This document shows, in pieces, positions 24,991-38,100 of a stretch of DNA of 64,000 bases. Below the pieces are notes generated by a model that was given only the letters and a program-made list of their open reading frames with translations, was not told where the DNA came from and did no database searches. The stretch lies in NCBI GenBank assembly GCA_043228905.1, contig JBHGNT010000012.1, forward strand, positions 19,220,001 to 19,284,000, in the 5' to 3' direction. The translations under genes were made by a program, and so were the position numbers. How positions within the stretch are numbered: the first letter of the stretch is position 1; each line of letters opens with the position of its first letter. This DNA comes from Azolla caroliniana. Lineage: Eukaryota; Plantae; Polypodiophyta.

Positions 24991-26869
24991 ATGGACAGAG
25001 GAATGGGAAGATCGCTATTGACTGAGAAGCTTTACAGGGGCAACTACGCATCGTGGTCGTACAAGATGTACCAGTACCTGCTTGGTCATGGTTACTGGAG
25101 CTATGTCGAAGGAACTAATGATACAACACCTGAATCGACACACAAAGATTTTTCGGCTTGGGAACAAGCGACAAGCAAAGTTCTTTACTGCTTCGTGTCC
25201 TGTGTGAGTGACCAGCTCTTGAGCTACATTCGGGATGCTAAGACGCCAAAGGACGTGTGGGCGAATCTCAAGAGGATTTTCGCCGCTAGCACAACGGCTA
25301 GGAAGCTGCAGCTCATGCAGGAGCTCAGTAATGTCCGATAGAAAGATCTTTTTGTGGCCGATTACATGGCCCTAATCAAGGAGATCTGTGACTCTCTCGC
25401 CTCCATCAACGTGAACGTCGAGGAGGAAGAAATGGTGCAGGTTTGTCTCGGAGGGATAGCGTCAAAGTTCGGAGCACTCTGAATGACTGTTTGCACGAGG
25501 GAGAATACGCCTTCGTTCTTCGAGCTTCAGTCGATGGAGGAAAATCATGTGAGTGCGTCAACGAGTACGCACGCCGATGACAAGATGCTATACACGGAGG
25601 AAGATAGGCCCCATGGTCATGGCAGATGAGGCGGATCGGCACGCAATGGAGGCAGCCTAAAAGAGCAAAACGTGCGGCATAATCGAATGCCGGAAGCAGT
25701 TCTGAACCCTCCGGAAGCAGGGGGAGTCATGGCGGCGCCGGAAGCCGACAAGAGAAGGCTGCGACGGATTGCTAGTATTGTGGCAAGAAAGGCCACTAAG
25801 AGAGCGAGTGTTGGAAAAAAAGAGCCGATTTGGACAAAGCCAAATCGAGCGGAAGAGACATAGGAAGGCGTCAAAAATCACACTACGTTGAGGGCTCCAA
25901 ACGAGCCCGAAATGGATTGGGCCCAGCCTTAGTAATGAAGCACAAGGCCAATTCGATGGCCGTGAACACCTCGAGAGTGAATGAGGTGTGGTATGTTGAC
26001 TCTGGAGTGTCAATCATATGACGAGTCACTAGGAATGGTTCTCATACTTGGAGAAACCGGAAAAGCAAGGAGTGGTCGAAATAGGAGACGACACTCCGCA
26101 TACCATCGAATAGGTCGGAGAAGTTCCCCTCAGCCACATCGAGTAGAAAAGGAAACTTATGAACATGTTGCATATCCCGACAATAACCAAGAACCTGGTG
26201 TCGGTCGGTCAGATCGTCGATCAGGGGATGCAAGTTTGATTCACGCACCTCGGGTGGTGCTACATCGAAGAAGAAGGCAAAGTTATTGCGCAAGGGCGCC
26301 GTGAAGGGTGGATGTTTATCCTCGAAACCAATCAAGTCGGAACCGCGTTGTTCGCAAAAGGACAGAAGGTCGAATCGGATATTGAGCTATGGCACAAGCG
26401 GTTTGGCCACGTTAACTTCCCACGGTTTCGTGAAATGCAAATGAAGAACATTGTTTTTGGTTTGCTGAAATTTCGTGGCCGGGATGGCCAAGTTTGTGAA
26501 GCCTGCCAACTAGGGAAGCAACACCGACTTCCATTCCCCAATGAGCCTAATCGTAGTCGAAATCCACTGGATTTGATCCATTCAGATGTGTGGGGACCGG
26601 CACAGAATGTGAGTCTCGATGGAAGCCGTTACTTCGTAACCTTCTTCGATGACTTCACTCGGCATACCTGGGCGTGCTTGATTGCGAAAAAGAGCGAAGT
26701 CTTAGCGTGTTTCCTGGAGCTGAAAAACCTTGCGGAAAGGGAAATAGGGTGTAAGATCAAGTGCCTACTTGGTTCGATGGCGGAAAGGAGTACTTCTCCG
26801 ACCAGTTCACGAGTTATCTATATATGCGAATTCTCGTGTAGATATACACCGTAGCAGAACAACATAACC
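24991..26869 (+). pseudogene. Copia-D gag, protease and integrase N-terminal remnant
   Basis: NYASWSYKM, VWYVDSG, LWHKRFGHVN, CEACQLGKQHR, IHSDVWGP. Multiple stops and frameshifts. Confidence 0.88.
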
Positions 26870-26998
26870 TGTCATGATATGGCAAGACTCGAACCCATGA
26901 CCTTATGTTACATGGGTCGAGCTCTTGACCATTAGACTATATGTTATAATACGAAAGATATTATTTTTATTTAAGTTTTACTATAGAAAAATTTCTCT

Positions 26999-27044
26999 GG
27001 AACATTCTAGAAACTTCAGGAGTACTTCTGAGAACACTATAAAA
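26999..27044 (+). promoter_or_regulatory. Perfect four-unit heat-shock element plus TATA box in the T1 5' LTR (also at 40009-40028 and 54759-54778; three units at 34772-34786)
   Basis: gGAAc-aTTCt-aGAAa-cTTCa at 26999-27018, followed by TATAAAA at 27038-27044. Confidence 0.7.
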
Positions 27045-30000
27045 GGAGGCACAAGGCATTATTTTGAACCAAATCAGTTCAATGCCAGTCTTTAGCCTCC
27101 TAGCTACTATTTTATATTCTCTTAACATAATATGTTGAGAATCAAGCTCAACTTGGTCTAGTGTGTGAACTCACCTTGAGAGTGAATAGACACTCCAACG
27201 GTCAAGAGTCACCATTATGTCACCACTTTGTATTCTAACATTTAGTATGAGTCATAGAATCATATTCTATGGTACATAACTTATGAGCTTTCACATTCCC
27301 CATGCTCCATGAATCTTGTAGTTAATGAAGAGAGAGTGTGACTATATAAAGCACCCTCCTCCCACCTTGTAAAATGTTGAGTCTTTCTCCTTTGTTAATA
27401 TATTCTCACCTTGCGTATTCTCTGTGTCTTACTCCTTGTCTCTCTCTCATACACACACAATCCATATCTATTCCGTTGCACAGAATCCATCTCTTGATTC
27501 TTTACATGGTATCAGAGCGATTTGGTAGCTCGATCTAGCCCATTCACCTCATAGTGATTGTGTGTTGTGCTCCACGCCGACGACCAAGAACCGGCTCATC
27601 ACTATCGTAGCTTCGCTACATAGCTTGCATTCGAAGAGAGAAGAAGAAGAAGAAGAATCGACATAATGAATACTCAAATGGGGAGTGCTCTCCCTACTGA
27701 GAAGTTGGATCGAAACAACTTCGCATCTTGGGAGTACAATGCACTAATACCTTGTCAGACAAGGCTATTGGAGCTACAGCAAAGGAACGCACGAAGACTG
27801 ACTCGTCGAAGCGGTTCCCGGATACGCGACATGGGAGTAAGCCGCAAGCCGCGTGATGTATTGCTTGGAGACATATGTTCACCATCACATGCTCAACTAC
27901 ATTCGCGAGGCCAAGACGCCGAAGGAGGTATTGGAAAATTTACGAAAGATTTTCGCGGCGAACACAACCGCAAGAAGGCTTCAACTACGCCAAGAGTTGA
28001 ACAACATCCAACAAAGGGACATGTCCATCACGACATACACCTTGAAGATTAAGGAGCTTTGCGACTCGCTCGGCTTGATAAGCGTAAATATTGCTAATGA
28101 TGAGATGGTGCAAATATGCCTCGGCCGCTCGCACCACGGTTCGGCGCGATGCGAACCGCTATTCTAGCAAGGGAGAAATCTCCCTCCTTCTTCAAGCTAC
28201 AATTAATGCTATTGGTCGAAGAAAACCACGTGCGTACAAGGAGCAATGAGTCGGAAGGCCACATGCTCTACACGCACTCGAACGGAGGAAGAGGACGCGG
28301 ACAAGCGAGAGGCCGATTCTACCAAGGACAAGGCGAACGAGGTCCGACCTACGACGACAACTCCCAATTTCGACCGCAAAATGGAAGCCAACGAGGAACC
28401 TTCGCAAGAAGGGGGAGCTTCCACTCCGGCCTGAGCCATCAAAACGCAACCAAATGCAGGTATTGCGGAAAGCTTGGCCACCACAAAGAAGAGTGCCGAA
28501 TGAAGATGCGCGAATCGGCTTCCACAAGCCGACAATTCACGAATTACGCGCACAATTCCGACTACGAAGAGTATAGCGGAATGTACGGGCACAACTCTGA
28601 CTACAAAGATCATGGCGGAATGTATGCACACAACTCCGACCGTGGCGGAATGTTCATGATGAAACATAGTGCAAACTCTATGTCGGCCTCTACCTCAACT
28701 AGTGCCCTCAATCCGGAGGACATATGGTTTGTTGACTACAGAGCCTCAAACCATATAACATCTCATAAAGAATGGTTTCTCGATCTTCGAGAGCCGAAGC
28801 GACCTGGTTATGTCGAAACCGGAGATGACACTACGCACCCGATTCGGCATATCAGCAATGTTTCGTTTGGCGAAAGAGGTAAGCAAACATACATTAAAAA
28901 TGTCTTGCATGTTCCCACCATTATGAAAAACTTGGTCTCGATCGGCCAAATGGTTGAGCAAGGGATGCAAGTACGATTCAACCAAGAAGGGTGCTTCATC
29001 GAAAAAGATGGCTAAATCATTGCGCGCGGAAGAAGAGAGGGCCGGATGTTCATTCTCGATTCACATGAGATGACATCCGCCATGTTCGCAAAAAGCACGA
29101 AAGCCAACTCCGACATAGAGCTATGACACAAGAGAATCGGCCACATCAATGTCAGTAAACTCAAAGCAATGAAATCGAAAGGAGTCGTCATTGGACTCCC
29201 GACATTCAAAGAGAAGGAGATTGAAGGTGTATGGGAAGCGTGCCAATTCGGCAAGCAACACTGACACCCATTCCCGAAAGAGCGGAATGTGAGCAAAGGT
29301 CTACTCGACGTAGTCCATTCTGACGTATGGGGACCGGCGCAGACGGCTACATTTGGCGGATGCCGATATTACGTGCTCTTCATCGACGACTTCTCCAGGC
29401 ACACGTGGCTCTATCCAATGCGACAAAAGAGCGAAGTTTTTGGACACTTCCAAAGGTTTAAAAACGAAGTCAAAAAAGCAACTGGTCGTCATGTACGATG
29501 CCTTTGATCGGATGGAGGCAAGGAGTACTTCTCATACGACTTCACGACATATCTCCGAAAGGAAGGAATTCGGCAAGAATTCACTTGCCGACACACTCCG
29601 CAACAAAACGGAGTAGCTGAGCGCAAAAATTGGCACATCCTCGAAGTAGCGCGGGCCATGATGAACGAGAAGCATATGCCCAAGTCATATTAGGCCGAAG
29701 CTGCAAATATGGTCGTTTACCTAATGAACCGGTGCACAACATCTAGAGTGCATAAGGTCACTCTGCACGAAAAATACTTCAGAAAGTGACAGGAATACAT
29801 GCTCCCTAAGCACAACGCTTGGCCACAACCGAGTCTAGGATCAAACACAGAAAGACGGGTAAGGTACGCACGACACAGTGAAGAGAAGAGTACACAGGAT
29901 GTTAACATGGAAAACCCAATCTAGGGAAAAAACCACGGCAGCCCACAGACTGCAAACTATTACTATATCACAATGTACAATAGTAAAGCACCGAGGCAAC

Positions 30001-30057
30001 GACCTCCAGCTTGCTATCTTTGCCACAGGCGGCGGTTACAACAGAGGCAACAACCTC

Positions 30058-30088
<31 letters not shown>

Positions 30089-30519
30089 ACACAGTTACGC
30101 ACTCAAATCTTGCACCAGCAAGAATGACAACTACTACTCTTCACTAAGTTTGCCCTAAGTCATATTTATACTAATATAACTTCCCGGCTATTTACAAATA
30201 TAGCCCCGATGAACTCTCAGAAAATATATTTACGAATATGTCCCTTCATCCGGTGAGCATTTCTCACCAAGCCTTCACCATCCGGCTCTTGCCGGGTACT
30301 CGTCATCCGTTTCTCACCGGGTCTTCCGTAGCCAGGTACTCTACATCCGGTTCTCACCGGGTCTTTCGTTGCCGGGTACTCCACATCTGGTTCTCACCGG
30401 ACCGGGTCTTCCATTGCCGGGTACTGCACATCCGGTTACGGCCTCGGCCGAGTTTGCTCATCAACACTGTTCTTCTCACTTCCCATCCGGAGGGACTTGT
30501 TTCGTAACAAACTCCCCCT

Positions 30520-33500
30520 TCACTCTGGCATGGGATGACTTACTAGTCCGATCCGCTTCCGACATGTATCCAACTTGTCGGGTATCTGTACTTTGGTCAG
30601 CATATCTAACCCGTTCTCGGCCGTGTGGATCTTTGTCAGCGCGAACTCTCGATCTTCTACTCGCTCCCGGATCCAGAGATACCTACGGTGGATGTGCTTC
30701 GTCCTGGAATGGTACGCTGCGTTCTTAGCAAGGTGGGTGGCACTTTGACTATCGCAATAGACCCGGTATTCATCTTGCCGAATACCGAGCTCTCCGATGA
30801 AGTCCTTCATCCATAATATTTCCTTGCCGGCATCCACAACTGCCATGTACTCCGCTTCCGTGGTTGACAACGCAACCATCTTCTGCAGCCTCGACTGCCA
30901 TGAAACAGCTCCCCCTGCATATGTCATTACATACCGGGATGTAGACCGGCTGGTATCCACATCAGCCGACATGTCCGAATCGGTAAAACCGTCAAGTTGA
31001 GGTTTACCGGAGCCGAATCGGAGACACATATTCGAAGTGCCCTTCAGGTACCGGAGTATCCATTTGACCGCCTTCCAATACTCCTTACCGGGATTGCTCA
31101 TAAACCGGCTCACCACTCCGACTGGGAATCCAATATCCGGTTGAGTACACACCATTGCGTACATCAAGCTCCCGACGGTAGACGCATATGGAACCTTCAT
31201 CATATCAGCCTTCTCTGCTTTCGTCTTCGGGCTTTGCTTACCGGATAGTTTGCAGTTTGTCGGGAGTGTCGATCCGTCTGGTTTTACTTCTAACATGTTG
31301 AACCGCTGAAGCACCTTTGTCACGTATTTCTCCTCTGACAACCACAATTGCTTCTTTGACCGGTCCTGGATGATGTGCATCCCTAGTATCTGTCTTACCG
31401 GACCCAAGTCCTTCATTGCAAAAGTTCGGTTGAGAGCCTTCTTAAGCATCTGTATTTTGGCTTGGTCCCGTCCGACGATCAACATGTCGTCCACGTACAG
31501 AAGGAGTATCAGGAAGTCGCCTCCTTCAAAATTCTTCACAAACACGCAGTGATCGGCATGCATCTTGTGGTACCCTTGATTGATCATGAAGGAGTCGAAC
31601 TTCCGGTACCATTGTCGGGGAGCCTGCTTCAGTCCGTACATGCTCTTCTTCAACCGGAAAACTAGGTGCTCCTTCCCTTTCTCCACAAATCCTTCCGGTT
31701 GCTGCATGTAGATCTCTTCTTCGAGGTCACTATGAAGGAATGTCATCTTCACGTCTAGCTGCTCTACCTCGAGGTCCATGCTTGCCGCTATACTCAACAC
31801 CGTCCAGATGGAGGTCATCTTTACTACCGGGGCAAATATCTTGTCAAAGTCCACGCCCTTCTTCTGTTGGAACCCCTTCACCACGATCGTGGCTTTGTAT
31901 CTCGAGGGGTTGCCGGCATCTCCAGGTTTCAACTTGTACACCCACTTGTTTTGGCAACTCCACCAATTCGTATGTATGGTTCTCATGCAGGGAATCCATC
32001 TCATCCTGCATGGCACTCAACCATTTGCGGCTATGGGCATCACTCTTAGCTTCCTCGAAGCTTTCTGGCTCCCCCTCATCAGTCAACAGCACATGCTCTG
32101 CATCCGAAAATCTCTGGGGGGCCCTTCTCTCTCTGAGAGGATATCTCCATCTTTGGCTTTCGGCAACCAACTCCTCTATTTTTTCTTCATCCGAATCCGA
32201 TTCGGGATCTTGGTCGGTTCCGATTTCAGCTTCCTCTACTTCTTCTTCTACCGGTTCGGTATCCTCACTGTAACTGGCTGGTTTCTCGAGTGTCAATCGG
32301 CTCTTAGCCGAGTGTGTCCGAATCTCATCAGAGTTCATTATCTTCTTCTCCAACTCCCAGTCGGAAAGAGTCTTGTCCTCCATGAAGATAATATCTCGAC
32401 TCCGGAAAGCCTTCTTGTCAACCGGATCCCACACTCGGTAACCGAACTCATCATCGCTGTATCCGAGGAATATGCATGGCCGGGTCTTTGGATCCAACTT
32501 TCCTCTCCGGTCCTTAGCAACATGCATGTACGCGAGACACCCGAACACCTTCAAATGCCGGTAGGACACTTCCTTACCGGTCCACACCTTCTGCGGTGTG
32601 TCTCCATCGAAGGGCACTGAGGGTGATCTGTTTATCACATACGTCGCTGTCGACAGCGCCTCTGCCCAAAACTTCTTGGGTAATTTTGCATGCGCCAGCA
32701 TACTCCGGACCCTCTCCATTATGGTCTGGTTCATCCTCTCGGCCAGCCCGTTTAGTTCCAGCGTCTTCGGCACGGTAAATTCGAGCTGGATTCCCTTCGA
32801 GCGACAGTACTCCTCGAACTGCCCCCGGTATTCCCCTCCATTATTTGCTCGAACCGCCTTCAGTTTCCGGCCGGTTTCTCTTTCCACTCTCATGTGGAGC
32901 TCTTTGAAGATGGATAACACCTGATCCTTCGTCTTCAACGGTGTGGCCCACAACTTCCGGTTGTGGTCATCTATGAACGTCACGAAGTACTACGATCCGG
33001 CATGTGACTTCGTGTCCACTTGACATACATCAGTATGCACCAACTCCAGTGGTGCATTACGTCTCATCGGTGGCCTCGAATGGAAGGAGGTCCGGTTTTG
33101 TTTACCGGCTAGACAATCAGTGCACTTCTCCAAGTGCACGTTCTTCACTGGAATGAGGTTGACGTCTGCAAGCCTCTTCATCCCCTTCTCACTCATGTGA
33201 CACAGCCTATTGTGCCACAGCTCACCGGCAATGTCGGAAGCCATGTTCACTTCTTCCGGGCATAAACGGGCATTCATCAGGTACATCATGTTTACCTTCC
33301 GGGCCCGAGCCACAATCAGGCTCCCTTTGCTGGACTTCATAACACCATTCTGGATGCTACCCATGTAGCCTTCATCATCTAGCTGACCAGCTGATATCAG
33401 GTTTAGACGAACCTCCGGAACGTGTCGGACATCCTTCAGCAGTAGCTTGCATCCGGTTGGTGTTGTCAACCACACGTCTCCTATGCCGACAATTCGGCAT

Positions 33501-34522
33501 GTACCTTCATTCCCCATCCGGACACAACCGTGATCACCGGCTGAGTAGGATGAGAAGCATTTCTGGTCCGGGGTAAGGTGGAACGACGCTCCGGAGTCGA
33601 CCACCCAGGTCATCTCGTCGCCGGCAAGGTTTAGCTCACTCTCCTCGGTGATGAGCATCAACTCTTCTTCACTTGCCGCGATTGCCGTCGTCACCTTCCG
33701 GTCCGTTCCCCTCCGGTCTTTATCGTTCCGGTCCGGTGTCCGCTTCGAATCGGTGCCGTCAGTTTCCTTGTCTTTTCGGAAGTGCCAACAGTTTTTCTGG
33801 AAGTGTCCCGACTTGCCGCAATAGAAGGAGGCAGGCCTCCCCCTTGACTTTGACCGTGTCCCCGACTTCTCCCGGTTCTGGGGACTACAGTTCCTTTGTC
33901 TTTCGCGTTCCGATTCGGTAATGAGCGCTTTGGAGTCGGAGTTCGTATCCTTGTCTTTCCGACACGCCTCCTTATCTAGCAAGCTTGACTTCACTCTTGC
34001 CAGGGATAACCGTTTCCCTTCCGACCCGGCGTTGTCCAAAGTGACAACCAACGTCTCCCAGCTATCTAGGAGGGAACTGAGCAGGAGTAGCGCTAGTACC
34101 TCATCAGCGAGAGGTACTTCCAATGATGTTGCCTGGTGGATCAGCCCCTGGAAGGCATTCATGTGCTCCGCCATGCTAGAGCCATCTTGGTACCGGAGTC
34201 TTACTAGCTTCCGAAATACCGAAACCTGATTAACAACATTTTTGTTTTGAAACATAATGCCGATCTTCTCCCAAAGATCATAAGCCTTGCTCTCTTCATT
34301 GAAGTTGTTGTATAGACTCATGTCGATGAAGCATCGTATGTACGCCGTTGTCTTCATGTGGATCACCTCCCATATCGTGGCATCGATTTTGTCCGGTCTC
34401 TTGTCCCCGAACTGAACCGGCAACCAAAGATCTTTAACCACGAGCATGTCCCTCATCTTCGACTTCCACACCGAATAGTTGGAGCCGGTGAGCTTGAACA
34501 TGCCTCCCAACGAATCGTCCAT
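30520..34522 (-). pseudogene. Copia-F gag-pol
   Basis: ORFs 32990-34594, 31844-32983 and 30520-32016. Motifs WVVDSGASFH, LVHTDVC, YVDDML, YCDSQSA. Stop at 32990 and a frameshifting deletion near 31950. Confidence 0.94.
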
Positions 34523-34919
34523 TTTCTGTGTCGTTTCGCTCTGATAGCACTTTGACAGGAATACACGCTCCCTAAGCACAACGCTCGGCCACAACCGAGT
34601 CTGGGATCAAACACAAAAAGACGGGTTGTCATGATATGGCAAGACTCGAACCCATGACCTTATGCTACATGGGTCGAGCTCTTGACCATTAGACTATACA
34701 TTGTAATACGTAAAATATTATTTTCATTTATGTTTTATTATAGAAAATTGATGTATATTCTAGATTTCTTAGGAACATTCTAGAAACTCCAGGAGTATTC
34801 CGTAGAACACTATAAAAGGAGGCACAAGGCATTATTTCGAACCAAATCGGTTCAACGCCAGTCTTAAGCCTCCTAGCTATTCTACATTTTCTTCATATAA
34901 TATATATCTCTTCTTATCA

Positions 34920-34969
<50 letters not shown>

Positions 34970-35062
34970 ACTCTTTCCTTCTCTCGAGAGGTCTTCATTT
35001 CTCTTAGTACTAATACTTCTTTTAGTACTAATTCCTTCTCTGTCTTCGTACTGTTCCTGACA

Positions 35063-35076
35063 GTTTGAACCGATTT
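35063..35076 (+). other. Putative self-priming primer-binding site of T2 (T1 copy at 44741-44754; N copy at 15079-15091, minus strand)
   Basis: GTTTGAACCGATTT follows the 5' LTR. Its TTGAACCGATTT is the exact reverse complement of AAATCGGTTCAA at 34844-34855, 33 nt after the TATA start. Confidence 0.8.
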
Positions 35077-35136
35077 TTCCTACCTTCTGTCTCTCTCATT
35101 TCCTACTAATCTCTTATTCCTCTTTTCTTTCATCCC

Positions 35137-38100
35137 TTGGCCACTGTTAGCGCTGAAGAATATCAATATGTTTTCTCGGAATTTCAATGCTTGAAAGAGA
35201 AGTTCCATGCTTTGGAACAAGAAAACCAACGGTTGCTGGGGGATCTTCAACAAATCTCCTTAGAAAAGCAGCAAACGCAACAACAGCATGGGGAACTTGC
35301 GTTACGCGTGCAACAACTCGAAGCAACCATCGTAGTGATGCAACGACAAGGGCCCGGAACACAAGGGATTCATAAAGAACCCAAGATTGGTCTTCCCACG
35401 AAGTTCGATGGAACGCGATCGTAGTTTAGAGGGTTCCTTAACCAGGTACGATTAGTTATTCAAATGCATCCTTCCCGACATCCCACCGATGCATCACGAG
35501 TGGGTTTAGTAGGCACTTTGTTAAGTGGCTCAACATTGGCATGGTTCGCTTCACTATTAGAAAAGGAATCTCCGTTACTCAACAATTTTGAAGAGTTTCT
35601 AGGTGAGTTTAAAGCATGTTTCGGAGATACTGACAGCATTAGGACCGCAATCAACAAAATTCGGCGATTACGCCAAGGTGACCGTTTAGCCTCCGCATAC
35701 GCTGCAGATTTTCGCCTACTCGCCGCTGATATCCCTTGGGATGATCAAGCGTTGATGGAGCAATTCCGTTATGGTTTACACAACGACGTCAAGGATTTAA
35801 TCTTGACCTTCCCCGAAGAGCCAAAGTCCTTAACAGAAGCAATCAGTCGCGCGGTGAGATGTGACAACTGCCTCTTTGAGCGACGTTCGGAACGACAGCT
35901 ACAGATGCCGAGGGCAAGATCAGAGCCCACCTACGCCTCAGTGGTAGCAAGACCTTTTCCGAGGGAGTCATATAATGCGCCTCTAGCGAATACTCCGACT
36001 CCGATGGAGATTGACACTACACGTCGTCGAGGGCCATTATCCGAAGAAGAAAAGCAGTGACGCCATACAAATCGACTATGTCTTTACTGCGGTGGACCAT
36101 GACATATTGCAATAAATTGCCCCCATAAGCCAAGAAGACAGGTAAACCAAATAGTCGCTAGTTCTAATTGTACTAAACCCGAGCCTATTTTAGTAGGGAT
36201 ATTTGATATTCCTAATAGTACTAATAGCCCAGATCTAGCGAACAGATTTGATGTCCTTAGTCAGTTAGAAGAAGAGTTAAATGACTAAGTCCAGCCAAAA
36301 TAGGAGTTGTTTGGTTGGACAGCCCTAGATCTGTGCAACCCATTAGTGGTTCCATTCCCTCTAAGCAAGTTAGTGATGTGTTTGTAGCCCAAGTAATAGT
36401 TAGTACTAAAAGTACCCCTCCAGTACATGTCCTAGCACTCCTAGATTCCGGAGCTAACTCTTGCTTTATGGATAAGAAATTTTCTCAAGCTTATAAGATA
36501 TCCCTAAGAAAACTCCAGTGTCCAGCCTCTGTAGTAGTCATTGATGGACGTCCCATTGCTTCCGGAAATATCATAGAAGAGTCAGAGCCCATTAATATTG
36601 TCCTAGATAACTTAACATGTGTAGTATCGTTTAATATTATTAGTATCCTAGAACAGCCCATAGTTTTAGGATTGTTGTGGTTCGAGTTACATAACCCAGA
36701 CATAGATTGGAGAACAAGAGAAATCCGGTGTCGACAAACCCAAGGGTCAACTCAGAAGATGGCAACCATTTCGCTACATCAGTTGCGTAAAGAAGGGCGC
36801 AAGGAGGAAATGTTCCTCTTTGCAATATCAGTAAACCCCTCTAGCACCACTAAAGAAGAATCCACCATTCAACTTCCCGAGAAGTATCGTCATTACGCCG
36901 ATGTGTTCGATAAAGTACAAGGCAATACACTTCCTCATCATCTACCTTACGATTGCCCCATCGATTTACAACCGGGAAAAGGGCCGCCATGGGGACCGAT
37001 CTACAATTTGTCACCAACCGAGCTGGAAGTCCTTCGGGCCTACATAGAGGAGAATTTGGAAAATGGTTTCATTCGGCATTCAAAATCTCCAGCCGACGCG
37101 CCCATTTTCTTCGTCAAGAAAAAGGATGGATCGCTTCGTCTCGTTGTAGATTACCGTGGCCTCAATAAGGTTACAATCAGGAATAGGTATGCTCTTCCCC
37201 TTATCTCAAGTCTTTTAGAACGGATCAATGGTGCCAGGTTCTTCATGAAGATCGACTTATGGGGAGCATATAACCTCGTATGGATCCGACCAGGAGACGA
37301 ATGGAAGACCGCGTTTCACACTAGATATGGGCACTTTGAGTATACGGTCATGCCGTTCGGCCTCACTAATGCGCCGACAATCTTCCAGCACATGGCTAAT
37401 GATATATTCCGAGATCTATTGGATGATTATTTGATCATCTATTTGGATGATCTACTGGTTTATTCAAAGACCCAAGAAGAACATGATTCTCATGTACTAT
37501 TAGTACTAAAACGACTTCGAGAACATGGTCTGTATGCAAAGCTGGAAAAATGTAGTTTCGGGTGCAACCAAGTGGAATTTCTCGGCTACATCATTTCGTT
37601 AGAAGGCATCTCCATGGACCCAGCTAAGGTCAAAACGGTGGTAGAATGGCAGACTCCGCGTTCGGTGCGGGATGTGCAATGCTTCCTAGGCTTTGCCAAT
37701 TTTTACCGGAAGTTAATACAAGATTACTCAAAGATCGTTCTACCTCTCACACAACTTACCAGGAAGGGACAACCGTTCATCTAGTCTGAAGAAACGGACA
37801 TGGCTTTCGAGAGTCTTAAAAAGGCATTTACATCGGCTCCAATTCTAGCTCATGTCGATCCGGAAAAACCATTCATTATCGAAGCTGATGGATCGGATTT
37901 TGCATTGGGGAGCATTTTGTCACAACAGGGGAATGATGAGAAGCTACATCCTGTGGCTTTTCACTCACGCAAGTTTGACGCCGCCGAAATCAACTACAAA
38001 ATTCATGATAAGGAGCTATTGGCAATGGTGGATTCTTTTATGCAATGGAGGCATTTTCTGGAGGGATCCTCTCATCCGGTCACCGTATTTAGTGACCACA

